From Lytechinus pictus (Eukaryota): 60,000 nt of DNA. Location of the stretch: assembly GCF_037042905.1 (NCBI RefSeq), contig NC_087251.1, positions 18,912,001 to 18,972,000 of the forward strand, in the 5' to 3' direction. Positions within the stretch are counted from its first letter, which is position 1, and the number at the start of each line of letters is the position of its first letter. Both the position numbers and the translations under genes were made by a program. The notes under the pieces are model-generated. The model made no database searches. It was not told where the DNA came from and saw only the letters and a list, made by a program, of their open reading frames with translations. Shown here piece after piece: positions 41,101-54,400 of the stretch.

Positions 41101-41473
41101 GTTTAAATGCAATCCAGAATGGTCTATAAAAAATTATATGTATCACTGCTCTATGAAGAAAATATAATATAATAATTCAAAATCGTCAGAGCTCGAGCGA
41201 GCTCCAAGAGTAGAAATGCCCCACCCATATGCAAAAAATATGCGGCTGCCACTGATAAATGGGCCAGTAATCAGCGAATCGCGACGCCGAGCCCCGGCCG
41301 AGGTCCCCCTTTGCAGTTACACCAAAACAGTTTAGCTTACTACGTACCTCACAAAAACAGCGGTGGACATCATTTTTGCTTTTTGTGACACTTCCAGAAA
41401 ATGATGAACTGCATAGGCATATGAAGCAGAGGACAAGGAGGAACGAAATATACATCCTGACACGATAAGCCAT
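20152..41473 (-). CDS. ERO1: ER oxidoreductin 1 (ERO1-like), 13 coding exons, ~488 aa
   Basis: Exons 41473-41348, 37348-37229, 34412-34329, 33335-33291, 32511-32310, 31505-31385, 30635-30571, 24229-24137, 23341-23159, 22749-22619, 21844-21758, 20958-20843, 20245-20152(TGA), all GT-AG with compatible phases. Signal peptide, [47 protein letters not shown], active site [22 protein letters not shown]. Confidence 0.97.
20408..20731. mobile_element. Degenerate copy of the Kolobok-like MITE family
   Basis: AGGGAAGTCAACCCTGAC ... CCAGGGCAATTTTCCCCT-TTAA, resembling the 11734 termini. Confidence 0.5.
26956..27352. mobile_element. MITE with 4-bp TTCA flanking duplication
   Basis: TTCA|GGGCGATTC ... 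GAATCGCCC|TTCA; internal GTCGTACGGGAC twice plus an inverted GTCCCATACGAC. Confidence 0.7.
28668..28838 (+). repeat. Tandem duplication, 91-bp period
   Basis: ATCACAATAAATGTCAAATCAGAAACTTGCACTCCAACAAAT..AAATGGTCACTTTCAAAACAAAA.CTCTTGATCA occurs twice. Confidence 0.9.
35141..35303. mobile_element. Palindromic MITE, PIF/Harbinger-like
   Basis: ~55-bp TIR TACCTTGGTCACATTTGTTCTACGGCGGCCGTACGGCGAGTCGAAA.. and its inverse; TTA/TAA flanks. Confidence 0.85.
35514..37120. mobile_element. Helentron-associated (HINE/DINE-like) element with 9 x 157-bp internal satellite
   Basis: Sub-terminal IR GTCTCGCCCAC (35536) / GTGGGCGAGAC (37108), terminal stem-loop 37090-37118, (GACG)n at 37058, array 35635-37044 with TGACCTTTGACC core, A-rich flanks. 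Confidence 0.85.
37971..38640. repeat. Probable degraded non-autonomous DNA transposon
   Basis: Begins TTAGCCCTAA..GGGCTACTTTG, G-run/CCCC hairpin; second terminus not found. Confidence 0.3.
38679..38931 (-). mobile_element. Penelope-like pseudo-LTR remnant with hammerhead-like motif
   Basis: On minus strand: 31-bp hairpin, TATAAATAG, then TTGATAA-A-GAGT..ACTC-GAAA-GCTC, then a 45-bp-period duplication. Confidence 0.55.
39760..41044. mobile_element. 1285-bp non-autonomous DNA transposon with 5-bp TSD (hAT5-like)
   Basis: CAAAT|CAGTAGAGGCGCACGGCCAATAT ... ATATTGGCTGTGCGCCTCTACTG|CAAAT; subterminal GTCTCC/GGAGA repeats; no transposase. Confidence 0.85.
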
Positions 41474-43549
41474 GATAAACCAGCAAGTCATAGATGAGCA
41501 TGAAAATCGGTTTCCCTCCGTATGCTTCAAAACATGAACGTATCATGTATCAAATCGCCGACATTAATTAGTTTTTATTCAAGATAAATAAAAATAGACA
41601 ATTTTCATATAACTCTTTGTATATTTTTTTGTTAATTTACATATTCAAATTAATTTCAATTACCTCCTATTTAAAAAATAAGCTTTGAAAATAACATTAA
41701 TAAATCGATGAACGAAGTAATGGTAATGTACCATAACTGATTACACTTGTGCAAAGACTAAGGTCACTCCTCTGTTTTGGTTCAACTTTATTGCAGTGGA
41801 TTATACTTTTAGGATTACGTGGCATTATGCATGTTCGCCTGCTTAGACAGTGTGACGCATTGCCTCTTCTGAACAAGAGCTCATCTTCCTGTCAAAGCTA
41901 TAAAGGCCACAAGAAAAAGAAAATAAACATGAAATATTTTTCAAAGATAAACTGAACTATATCTTTCCCAATTAAGGATGTCTGCATTGATCACACCACC
42001 ACTTTCAAAACTTTTTCAAGCTTGGATTTGACAATTGAGTCAATTGAGTAAAATTAAACAAACATCCTGGTAAAACTTTCAATTAAGTAAAGTGAAAAAT
42101 AAGTTATGCATTAAAACAGGGATTTTAATGACATGTTTGATGGTCTGCAATTAGTGAAACAATCAATTCAGTTGAAATGTTCATATTGTATTGAATTTGA
42201 TTGCATTTGCAATCATATTTTTATGCGTATATACCAACAAAAGCTACAGTGAATAACTTTCACATTCTAATTGGATATGTAAAACCATGTTTTAATGCCC
42301 TGGAGCAGATATATTTCATACCCAAGCCTACATGAGAAAACAATCTTTTACACCACTTAAAATATATGAGGCCTTAGGCTTATAACTATTTCAAGATACA
42401 ATGCAATACTTCAAAATGTCATAACTTTAGTTCTCACTGATTATGACGATTGTTTTATTTATCTAATTCAAACTATCTGATGCCATACAGGTTGGAATCA
42501 TTATGCATAGGGCTCCATTATAAAAATGAGAAAGTGCTTTCATACATCATTTCCATATAACATTTTGAATTTCTATTTCTAAAGCTGTAATCTCCTTTGT
42601 GTGGAATGAGGTCACTTTCTACTTCACCTTTTTCTAATTCTTTTTCATTTCATTTTTGTTCTGATTTTCAATTTATTTTTTCTCATCTTCAAAAGGTTAT
42701 ATGCAGAAAGCTTTTCAAATAGGTACTGGCAGTGGTATTTGAAAATATTATGTTGTGCATTATACTCAAATTATAATCTAAATGCATATGATAATAACAA
42801 CCAACAATGGTGCACTACTACTACTTCATATACATTGTATAATAATAGTGAAGAGGAAGACGGTTATGAAGACGATAATCATATTAATGAGCCACTGCTT
42901 TTAGATCAAAATTTTGCTTGATTTTCCTCAGCCATTTCTCTTCCATGACAAGCTAATAGCTGTTATCTCATATATGTCTAACTTTCACTATCTATATATG
43001 TCACCGGACCTTCCTCCATATTAAATAAAGCTAAACTCAGTCAGGGTGGCACACATTTTTTTTCTTTGGTTTCTATGAAATCATCATTGAGCTACACAAA
43101 TAAAAATTTGTTATCATTGTTGGGGATACTTTGGGCTGTATAACTCAATGGGCCTCCATTGCCTAATTGAAATGATATATGAGTTGCTACCGTTTAGAGT
43201 TTTATCTTTACTATATTGTTATGATATACTTGTTAGTTCATTTACTTTTTTTTACTATTACTGTTTCCCATTGTCGTTTTATTTAATTTCTTGTAAATAT
43301 TGTGATTGAATTTGAATCAAATTAAGACATAAATACAAAAATCTCTTTCATGCATTTTTTCAAAAGCATAGAAATAATCTACCTCTCTCCCTTGCTCTCA
43401 TCTTTTCTCTCCCCATCCCCATGTAGCTCTTTCTTTCTTTATTTCTGTTTCTCTCTCTCTCTCTCTCTCTCCTTATCTTGTTCTTGCTCTTTCTCAATAA
43501 ATAATTCAATGTGAAGAATGAAGAGACTACAGCATAGATGAACTTAAAC

Positions 43550-43555
43550 TTTATT
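43550..43555 (-). terminator. Probable poly(A) signal of TEDC1-like gene
   Basis: AATAAA on minus strand ~415 nt after the stop codon. Confidence 0.5.
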
Positions 43556-43969
43556 TAAACTTTCGACCTTCCCAAGTTGAATTGCAATTTGTGTGCATTT
43601 AGTAAATTCAACAAACGAGTGAATATCTAAGCCTCCTGTATTCTGTGTTAACCTCTCTCATAATTCAGCTGGTTCAGAATATACATATCTATACTTCCAA
43701 TCCAGCTTTGCATAGTCTTTCACAAATTCTGGACCACTGTTGAAACCCCTCCATGGTTTTTGTGCATGCCCACTGAATATAATGGACACACATTAATCCT
43801 TTGCCTACTGGAACCTCGGTGCCTGCACATAGTCTATTGAAATTCAAGAATACAGTAGTAGTCAATGGATTAAGAGGAAGTATATTACTGAATCACATTC
43901 AGTGAGAATTTAAGTATATAAATTTCCAAGAAGGGAATTTAAATAAATTTCCTGTGCGACTATGGCCTG

Positions 43970-46900
43970 TTATGTTCCTGATGATGAATAGCTAGTCTTT
44001 TCTAACATGGGTGGGATACACACAACATTCATCAACCCTTCTGCAAAGCCATCAAATATTTGCTGCTGTTTGAGTTTAACAGTCTCCAGCTCTTCTTCCA
44101 GCCTTCTTGCAACATCAGACATTCTCTTAATCTCATCATTTATGTTGAGGGTATTTGGAGGGAGAGGTTCAGCTTTTAAGCGAGTATTCTTTGTCTGTCC
44201 AGGCTTGAAGGCAAACTGAACCGATGAAAGCGGAAAGTTCTTTGTATGCTTCTTCCGGTGTTCTTCATAGCTGTTGGTGAGCTGAGCTCTTACTGCATTG
44301 TCAATGTCTACCTTTCTCTTGTGTATGTTGGATTGATCAGATAGCTGCCAAAGAAAATTAAAGTAATATCAATAAGTTGATGCATTTAGCATAATGCTCT
44401 AGTTTAATCAATAGTGTTCTGCATTAACTATCAATCTCACTTCCTTATCAGAAATCATTGAAAGTGATGTGTCAAAAATCAGGAAATAAATGGAATGGTT
44501 GATGATAAACTTTTTTAAAGCAACAAAAGAATTATTTCCTGTACCCTGAATCTGTTGATTTCTATGAGAACTAGAACCCAAACAAACAATATAGAACTGC
44601 ACACTACATGTATATCTTGTGTAAAACCAATCACCACTCAACAGACATATCTTGTTTTTTATTTTTATGAACCATATATCAGAATTTGTCAACTTTGTTT
44701 TTTTAATACATGTTTATTCAAATTAATAGACCAAAAATTACTAAAATTACTAGTAGTCTATCAACAAATTAAACCAAAACATTAAGATCTATTTATTCAT
44801 TAATCATTCACCAATTTGAAACACATTTCTTCATGGTCACTTGACATATGATATAACTATTCAAGACCATTTGACAGAATATTTAAAGTTAATCTTTACT
44901 TATGACTGTATTTGGAGAGTTACTTAACATCCAACCATAATGAGATGTAATGAGATATCTGTTCATTTATTTAATGTCCAGCAATTATTTCATGTATTCA
45001 ATCAATCATGTTTCAGTTACTATTTACCATCTATTTCTATACTGTTTTTTTTTAAATAATTATTATTATTCTCCTTATGAAGGGGTCACTACATTGAGAT
45101 TTTCATAATGAAAATATTATATATGATTTTACCTGATTGACAAGGTCATTGGCCCCTCTTGATTCAAGTTCATCCTCTAAACTTTTGCACTCTCTGATTA
45201 GTTCATTCTCAAGACCATCAAGCTGCTGTAATCGTCTAGATAACTCTGTGGTTGCTACCAAGTGATGCACATATTGATTGTTGGATGAGGTGGGTGGAAT
45301 AGTGTTTTCTGAAGCAGACATTTTGGCTTCATGGACGCTTAACTGTGGTTGAAGAAAGCACATATAACCATAAATGTTTCAACTTAGGATCACAGCTTCA
45401 CAGTTTGAAAGAAGAAAATAGGCATAAATATAGTAAACCTGGTATAAGTTTGTGAAATATTTTTATAACGGTTGTAAGGACTCACATTATAATTAGAAAT
45501 AATGTGTCATATAAGTCAATTTTAGTGATGAAAGTGATTTTTTTTAAGTCAGTTATTTCATTATTACCAGTAGATCCTAGTCTGCAAGCACAGACTCATA
45601 TTTGACATTTAAAAAAATAACAGGTCTAGAGTGAAGACTAGCTTCCAAAGACTCTGTGCCAAATAACAGCCAGCCACAGTACATAGTGAGTCTAGTCTCA
45701 CTAATTCAGACTCTGCATTATTCACTATGTGAACTGCGAAAACCAAGGGTATGTGCCTGCAGACTAAGAAGATGCAGAGGCAAGTTTGACTTTAATTTGA
45801 AAATTTATTCTACTTATATTTTGAAATGCAATAGCATCGTAATGCATTTCCATTGTATCTTTACAGGTAATATATATTTTGGGCGATGATTTGAACTCTG
45901 AATCATCAGCCTTGGGTTGTGGGCCTTGGGTGTTTCAGTGATTTCTAAGGCAAAAAGGTCTTTTGAAAAATAGAAAAATTTGAATCCAGTGGAATGAAAT
46001 AAGATCATCTTTTGATGATGAGAGAGGAGGGGAAGAGGGCAATGAAGTCCTACTCAACAACTTTATATCCTGTAATTAAATGCCTAGTATACACAGTATG
46101 AGGAATTTCTTTTAAGCTTTGTATTGTTTCATAAAATGGTATTACTTCTGTCAATGTCATAACTTTTTTTTCTCATCCAAAATTTCTTTCTGGTTTTAAT
46201 TAATTTTCCCTATTTGTTTTCTTCTATTCAGCTTGCTTTATAATTTGAGTGAACATGATCACTGAACACAATGTCATTTCATGTATTATACACAGATTAC
46301 AGCCCTAGTTACCTAGGGCATAGAGCTTATTGGGTTAAAAGGCTTATAATTAGACAGTTTTTTTTTCAATTTGATTACAACTCTACTCACCATCCACTGC
46401 CAGAATACAGGCTCAGCTTCTTTCCAGGTTACACATGCTTGAAGAAGGGATGCTTGTTTATCAAGGTGCAAAAGGTACTAAGAAAAATACAAACAGAAAA
46501 AAATTATTTACTAATACCGTACGTGAAGTAATATCCTTAACAGGGAAAAAAATACACGGGGGGCTCAGGGCGAATTCGCCCCCGAAATGCTAAAAAGAGC
46601 CCTGGAAAATAAACAAGTGGAATGCCTCTGGCCGTCTCACCTGCATCACGCGATTCAATTTAGCAGCAGTGCTGATTTTGAAAACTACTATAACTCGCAC
46701 AAGATGTTCAGTGATACTTGGTTACTCTTATTTCCACGTTTTATGAACTAGACCAATACACTTATAGAGATATGATGGCAATTCAACAAATACCCCCAAC
46801 GTGGCCAAAGTTCTTTGACCTTACATGACCTTTGACCTTGATCATGTGACCTGAAACTCGCACAGGATGTTCAGTGATACTTGATTACTATTATGTCCAA

Positions 46901-49900
46901 GTTTTATGAACTAGACCAACACACTTTCAAATTTATGGCTGTAATTCAACAAATACCCCAATTTGGCCAAAGTTCATTGACCCTAAATGACCTTTGACCT
47001 TGATCATGTGACCTGAAACTTGCACAGGATGTTCAGTAATACTTGATTACTATTATGTCCAAGTTTCATGAATCAGATCCATAAACTTTCAAAGTTATGA
47101 TGGTAATTCAACAGATACCCCCAATTCGGCCAAAGTTCATTGACCCTAAATGACCTTTGACCTTGGTCATGTGACGTGAAACTCATGCAGGATGTTCAGT
47201 GATACTTGATTAACCTTATGTATAAGTTTCATGAACTAGGTCCATATATTTTCTAAGTTATGATGACATTTCAAAAACTTAACCTTAGGTTAAGATTTTG
47301 ATGTTGATTCCCCCAACATGGTCTAAGTTCATTGACCCTAAATGACATTTGACCTTGGTCATGTGACATGAAACTCAGGCAGGATGTTCATTAATACTTG
47401 ATTAACCTTATGGCCAAGTTTCATGAACTAGGTGCATATACTTTCTAAGTTATGCTGTCATTTCAAAAACTTAACCTCAGGTTAAGATTTGGTGTTGACG
47501 CCGCCGTCGCCGCCGCCGCCGCCGCCGCCGTCGCCGTCGGAAAAGCGGCGCCTATAGTCTCACTCTGCTATGCAGGTGAGACAAAAAGAGCCCCCGAAAA
47601 TCTACATTTGAATGTTAAAGCTTATCCAAAATTGCAGATTAAAGCAGTAGGTTGTGAAAAGTAACCCCTGAAAATAAAAAAATATTTTTTTGCCTGATCC
47701 TTAGTCACTTAAAATTGAAGAAATCATTAGAGCTGGTTGCATCACTATTACCATCATTAAATTTATATTCCACATGAAATATTGCAAAAGGAAGAATGTA
47801 AATTGTAGAAGGCAGACTGACCACCTGATTTGATTTTGCATGATTCCACTCTATGAAAGCACGGTAGAGTCTGACCTCCCAGATTTGATAGCGAGAGTTT
47901 ATCTTGAAAATTAATTTTAACTCTTTCTACAGGCGTTGTTGCAGAGAGGAGTCTTTTGAAATAATGTTATGGAGTTTTCCTTAAAAGGTTTTTCTAGTTC
48001 AATCCTCCATAACCTTGACAGTAGGGCACTAACAAGCCTGGATTGATCTTCTGAAGACTGTTATACTGTTAAATTTTTTGAGGATATTTTGTGATTTACG
48101 TCAGCAGGTTATAACACTAAAAAGGCTTACAAATCAGATTCTGAGCCACACCCAATAAAAAATAACATTTAATCAGAAATATTTTTTGGGGGCCTTAACT
48201 ATTCATAAATCAAACATAATATACATGACAGATGAGGAGTTAAAACATCATCTACTCTGTTATATCACTGGAGTAAATTTGTCACCTAAAATATTTTGGC
48301 ACCATCAAAGGTGACCTGTAGGATAAAGACATTGCAAATAATGGGTGTATTTTTAGAGCTTTTCAGAATAATGGTTCACAAAGAGCCTTAAAACGGACAT
48401 AAAAGATGCTTAGGAATTGACCCTTGATACGTATCAGTAGATGTAACATTATGAGTTTGTGTGGGAATAATAATCTTATCTTACTTGTTGTAACTGCTTT
48501 GGATGTCTGAGTATAAAGGTCTCCAATGCTGTAAGATGATTGATAGGACTAGGATGTGGCATGCCAATGCCTTGAGTAGCTTCATGTATGCGATGCATTG
48601 CTGCACATAGACCTTGTTGTTCACAGTAAAGAGCCTTCAGAGTTAACCTGAGTCGCCCCATCAGCCACACCAGGTATTTGGCCTGTCCATTGGGAGACGA
48701 TGAGACAGTCTGCTTTAGCCCCTTAAGATAAAGTTTGAAAAGAGTAAATATTTTCTGATGCAAGATTAGAGGATGGATTTAATAATGTAACATGATGAAG
48801 ATCAGAGGATGGATGAATAAAATCATTTCAATATTCCTAATTAATGTTTAGACCCATAGCTATGCCATTTGAAACAAAGGGTTGCATTGGTGAATTAATT
48901 GGGGATAACTGCTCACTTTTTCTTGTTAGATTAATGAGTTTTGATTAGGCCTATAGTTTCTTGCATCCACTGTCAACCAGTGTAGCTTAACTGTGTAATA
49001 CAGTATCTAAAGTTCCCACAAAATCATCTAATTATTTCATATGATTAGTACTATGTATATTTTGTTTTGACTTGAGCATTATGCAATTTGGCTGCAAGCT
49101 CTTTGAGCAAGATAATGTTTTAATCTTTAGTATGCTAATTTACCGTATGTATACTGAATGTCATCAATAAGTATCAACCATGTTCGTTTATTCGCATTTA
49201 TAAATCAAATGAAAGAATACAATTTCAATTTAACCATTTATTTTCAGATTATAAGAATACAACTTAGGTCCTCTTTTTTTCTTTAAAAAAAAATTAGGCT
49301 ATCTAAAGTGTTTATCCTCACCTGAGATGAAGTCTTGTCATTCCCTGAATTTAAGGCTTTCTGAGCTGCTCCGAGATGAAAGCTTGAAATTAATGGGAAC
49401 GAATCTTGTAGGTTGATTTTCACCTGTTCAGACACAAAGCTTAACTTTGCAAGGAGCCATCCTATGGCCAGGAGGATGTCTCTGCTTCCGACATCATCGC
49501 CATGGAAACCAGGGCACCTGTAACCAATCTGGTAAAGCATTGACTGAAAATCTGCCTTTTCGAAGCTAGTCTTTGTAGGTTTGTTGATAACTGATAACTT
49601 AAAGTTGAGTTGCAGTAATTCTTGGAGTAACACCCACATTGATGAAATCTGAGTGAAAGAAGAAGGTACATGTACATAAATTACAACAATAAAAAAAACA
49701 GTAGGAACAATATGGCATTTGAATTTAGCATTATTTTAATAAATGATTTCTAATTGTAATACACTGCATACTTGTAAATGAATATGAAATACAACAATAG
49801 AATTTAATATCTAATCATTCAAATTAAACATGATTACAAATTTAGTTCTAAACCACAAGTTGCAGTTGAACCTCACAAATTTGGTTTTAGTAGATCTAGA

Positions 49901-50871
49901 CCGGCCTTATCCTAAAATAAGTCACCTCTCTTCTCGTGTGTGTCAGTGTGTGTGCGCTCGTTGTGTACAAAGTCAAAGGGAGATGAGAGAAGTCACCGCC
50001 GCTGACAAAATGAACGGCAGTGAATGGAGTGGTGACTTAAACCAGGATAATGCCTGTAGACCTAATGAGGAATATTCATTTGATCCACCTAGTCCTTATT
50101 TTCATTTGCTTGCCTTTGCATTTGTCATCAAATAAAATTGGGCTGAATGGCTGAATACAAGGCCTATCACCATGTCCATGGACCATGCTAAGGGCCTTGA
50201 GGATACATACATGTATGCCTTTGTTGCAATAGTAATAATTATTATGTTCCAAAAATCTGTCTCACAATAGAGAATAATTCTTGGATGTTACCAAAATCAC
50301 TGACAAAAGGCATAAAACTTTAAAGACTTAATCTGGAGACTAAAACTTCCAAATAAATCACCCCCCATCTAACTTTAAAGATAAAAGTAATCTCTTTTTT
50401 CAAACAGCCACGCCCACAGATCGATCTACATTGTAGGCCTGTTCCTTAATTTCTTTCACCATTGCTTTTCATACACCTAATTTCTCTCCTAGGCTACGCC
50501 TACGGTATATTTTCATAAAATTTTAGCTACAAAACAAAGTACAAACTAAAAAAGTCAAAGATTTCAACAAACTTGGGTCTACTAAGAATTTCCCTCTTTG
50601 ATTTTTTATTCAAATCATTTTACTCTTTGAGTCTGAGTTTGAATTTGATTTTAATAAACCCTAATCTGCTAATCAGAGACAAGATCTAGGCTAGATCCAA
50701 GTTAGATCTAGATCTACTTACAGCTTCAGGTTGATCAAACTTTGCTTGTCTAAACTGCTCAGGGGTGATCCTGGTTATTGAAGAATGTGAATTCAGAATA
50801 TGACAAAGTGCTGCAATTACATCCTTTGCTTGATTCTTCCTCCCTTGGGCTTGTTTGGAAGATGCCATCAT
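43970..50871 (-). CDS. TEDC1: Tubulin epsilon and delta complex protein 1-like, 6 coding exons, ~461 aa
   Basis: Phase-0 exons 50871-50722, 49648-49322, 48721(or 48754)-48485, 46477-46391, 45342-45133, 44344-43970(TAA). Motifs IAALC..TPEQFRQAKFDQPEA, GSRDILLAIGWLLA, YLVWLMGRLR, VFWQWM, CIPP match my recollection of TEDC1/C14orf80. Confidence 0.88.
46612..47584 (+). mobile_element. HINE-like element family B, copy 1 (~5 units of ~163 bp, last 192 bp)
   Basis: SubTIR GTCTCACCTGCAT (46634) / ATGCAGGTGAGAC (47570), terminal stem-loop 47557-47582, (GCC)n microsatellite, TGACCTTTGACC units. Confidence 0.85.
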
Positions 50872-51436
50872 CTAATATCAGTTATTATTTATATTCAATG
50901 TACGGGATCTAGCCACACCAGGCGTTTAGACAAATCATCCAGATCCTCGGTACTGTCTTAGTGTCTCTGCAGCTGCAATCGCTATCACTCAGCGGATCAC
51001 CGCGCCGGTGGCTTGGGCGGTGAAAATATGAATGTCCCGTTGAATTGAGCTAGCTGCTTTGGACGTTAACGCGCGACCAGGGTAAAGAAATTAGTCTAGT
51101 TCAAATCTTTATGAATAAAATATAAGGGACGGTAAATAGTTCAATCGGATTCATCGAAAATTCAATCCTACATTTGCATATTTTTTTCGATCTTAAAAAA
51201 TCTAAACATGAGAATTTACCTTAAATGTTATTAAATTGGATGGCATTCTAAGAAGAGGAATAACAATTAATACATTGAGTCTAAAAAGCGGCTAAACCGC
51301 GGGAACTTGTGAAATTGAAAACCTTAATCAAACTCGAGCTCGAAAGGCTATAAGTATTAGACTTTGCTTGCGCCTTGCTGATATTGCCGTGCATGTTACG
51401 GGGTAATTTACTCTTTTGAATGTGTTTGACTTAGAT
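50872..51436. promoter_or_regulatory. Bidirectional promoter region TEDC1/POLE2 with E2F-like sites
   Basis: Start codons 565 bp apart, divergent; CpG-richer; CGCGGGAA at ~51298 and GGCGGTGAAA at ~51016. Confidence 0.6.
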
Positions 51437-54400
51437 ATGGCGGACAAAGTAAAGACGAGTATTTCTGCAGCATTCAAGATGAATGGTCTTGCACTGAGAA
51501 GGTGAGTTCAAAACTTGTTTCTGGGCCTGGGTCACTATTTTATATTTGGCAACCAAATTCAGAATCGAATCGCAACCACCAGGGGCAGCGCAGGGTCACA
51601 GGCGCAGCAGGCTGGCCAAAGAAAGACCAAGAAAGGGCAGTCTGACTCCCGCCGCACCTCGGTCTGGAACTACGCTTCGTTGCCAGCTGGCTGCTTGGGT
51701 TAGCTTTACTTTAGCAATGTTTGATGAGTGTTGAGGCTAAGCATTTTGTGTATCAACAAGACAACATGATTAAAAAGATGTGTTTTGGGGTATTATAATT
51801 ATCATTAAATGCCTGCAAGTCTGCAAGCCATTCATATCAGGCTGGTTAAAATTAAATTTGATTCACTTTGTACAAAAACTAAATACTACTGGTCCCTGTT
51901 CGGGAAAAAAGCATGAACTTCCCACTTTCCCAAATTTCCAGAATTTCAAAAAAGATATTGAAGACTTGATATCGGATAACTGGGGGAAAAGGTGTGCAAT
52001 TAACTTCAGTTAGTATACAAATAATGCATGCAGCCGAGTGCGTTAGTGGAAATGCAGAGCACGCGAGGTTTCTTTAGATAGGAGTCGCACTGTGCACGAG
52101 CTGCTTGCGGCGAGTGCCCAGTGTGCTCCATCTGAAGAAACCGAGCTTTCTCTGCATTTACTTTTACGCACGACAGAGCAAGTGCATTATTTGTTTTATA
52201 AAATAGCAACACAGAAACAATTTTTTTTAAAGTTACAGTACAGTTTTGTTGGACTTCTACCGCACTGGTTTGCTCGAGCGTGCAATGTCAATTTTCGTTG
52301 CACACCTTTTGCACTACCGTGCAGTGCACAAAAAAAGTTGGATGTCATGTGACGCGTATTGACCAATCGCGATGCTTGAAATAATACAGCTATTTTATAA
52401 TTACACTTATCTTACCACAAGACCACACAATTAATTGTGTATTTTCAAGTGATGTTTATTGACTTTTGTGTTGCAAAATTTTTGATTGACTACAGTGGTT
52501 GACTATGATTCATGTGAAAGATGAAAAAAAAATTATCATTTTGCAAATTGTTTTTCAACTCATTGTAATTACATGTATTTTTCTTCCAGCAATGCACTGA
52601 AATACCTTGTAGCAGCTCTCACACCAGTCACAGAAACAGAGAGAAATCAGTGGGTGGAGAAAATCATTGAAGCAGTACAGAAACAGCCTTGTAAGTATAC
52701 TATGAATATGTATAAGTAGTTGATCATCTTTTCCAACAATCTTTATAGGTCACTTAAATTGATAGTTCTCAGTTATTTTGCTATTTCTCTGAAATGTATT
52801 TCTCCTTTCCCATTTTCATCTCAACTGCTAATAAAAAACAAATCTCTGTAGAAATACATAAGCATCTAGAAGAAAGTAAAAAAAACAATATCAAATATTG
52901 TCAATGGTTTCTTGATTGGGAATCACAAGTTGTATTTCTTCTTATACTGAACTGATTAGAGATAGCTTTGATATGTACAATATAATATGCATGATAAAAC
53001 ATTAGAATATAAAAAAATAATAATTGAGCGTAAGATTTAAAGTGAATAGCATATGAATAAAATAGAAGATTGTAAATATTTACATAATAGAAAAAAATAA
53101 AAGCTATTAAAAACTTCATTTTGAATTGTGTATTATTTGTTTATCTAGTATCTTCTGCTTTACTGGATAAGGCTATAATAGAGGCTGCCATTGAAGAATG
53201 CAGCGATGGAGGGAAGGAAGAAAATGAGAAAATGTTTAATGTCATCGACTCTTTCACAGTACCGAGATACACTTACAATGCAGACAGAAAGAAATTCCTT
53301 GTGTGAGTATATCCTTGCCTAAAATTTCTAGTGCAGAAAATTTTATATGGACAAAATTGCAGCTGTTCACCCTTTTAAATTTGGAATGTAAAGTCCATAA
53401 AGATCACAAGGGGGGGAGGGATAAAAAGTTTCCTAAAATTAAAACATTGATTTTTGTAACAAGTTAATTTTGATGTGTAGAATGTAGTCTTCTCTCACAG
53501 GGCTATGACTTGACTGATTGGCAAATTCCATTTTACAGAGAAGTTTATGTTAAAGGACACGTGACATCTACCAAGTTATTTTGCTCAGAATGTTTTGGTT
53601 AGTTGCAGCATTTTGATTTAAACTTTTTAAAGAGAAATTACCTTTTGTGTAATATGTTTAGCATAGTTCGTCATGAGTGAGGCTTACTGTAGAAGCTGCA
53701 TCATAACTATATTAGGGAACTTAAGATTGTTCATCCATGATGCAAAATCTTCTGATTGGAGAAATAGCCTGACTGCATATGAATAAAGTGATCACAGCAT
53801 TAAAGGAGAACATTCTGTGCATTTTGGTCATGATGTGATATCTGAACATCCATAATGATTTGATAGCCCATCCTGTTCAAACAAGAATTCTTGACTTCGA
53901 TGGAAGACGCTTGCAGATCTATCAGTGACTGTGTTCATCTACATGTATGCTTATACTGTAATGTATCAATATCTCATAAAACTATCCCTTGTCATTTACC
54001 TTGATGTTTGCTTCAGGAGCAATGATGCTCCAAATCTCCATGCTTCAGCAAAGTACAAGGCAGATCTGTTCCGTGAGAGGTATAACATCTTGCTTCAGAG
54101 GACATCCAGACATAGTTTATTCTCTCCCCCTGTCCAGGGTGCTTCCAGTGAAACACAAGGAAAGAAGTTTCAGGTGAGTATCACACCCATCTTAATTTGG
54201 GCATTTCCATTAAATGAAAATCAATTTTTTTTCTACATCTGAACCAATCTTCTCCTTTTTAACTTCACTTCAAGAACTGCTCAAGTCATGATAATTTGAG
54301 AGTGTGACAATTTTCATCTGAACTGTAAATCAAGATTAATCATTTCAAGAAGAACCCATTTATACGGGATGAGCGATAATCTTATATGAAATAGCCCATT

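Noticed and set aside
47452..47664. Poly-Ala ORF shared with 57755-57940
   Set aside because: Translation of the HINE end and its (GCC)n microsatellite.
47825..47903. Possible extra TEDC1 exon (INSRYQIWEVRLYRAFIEW)
   Set aside because: The expected VFWQWM exon is at 46391-46477 and the gene is complete without it.
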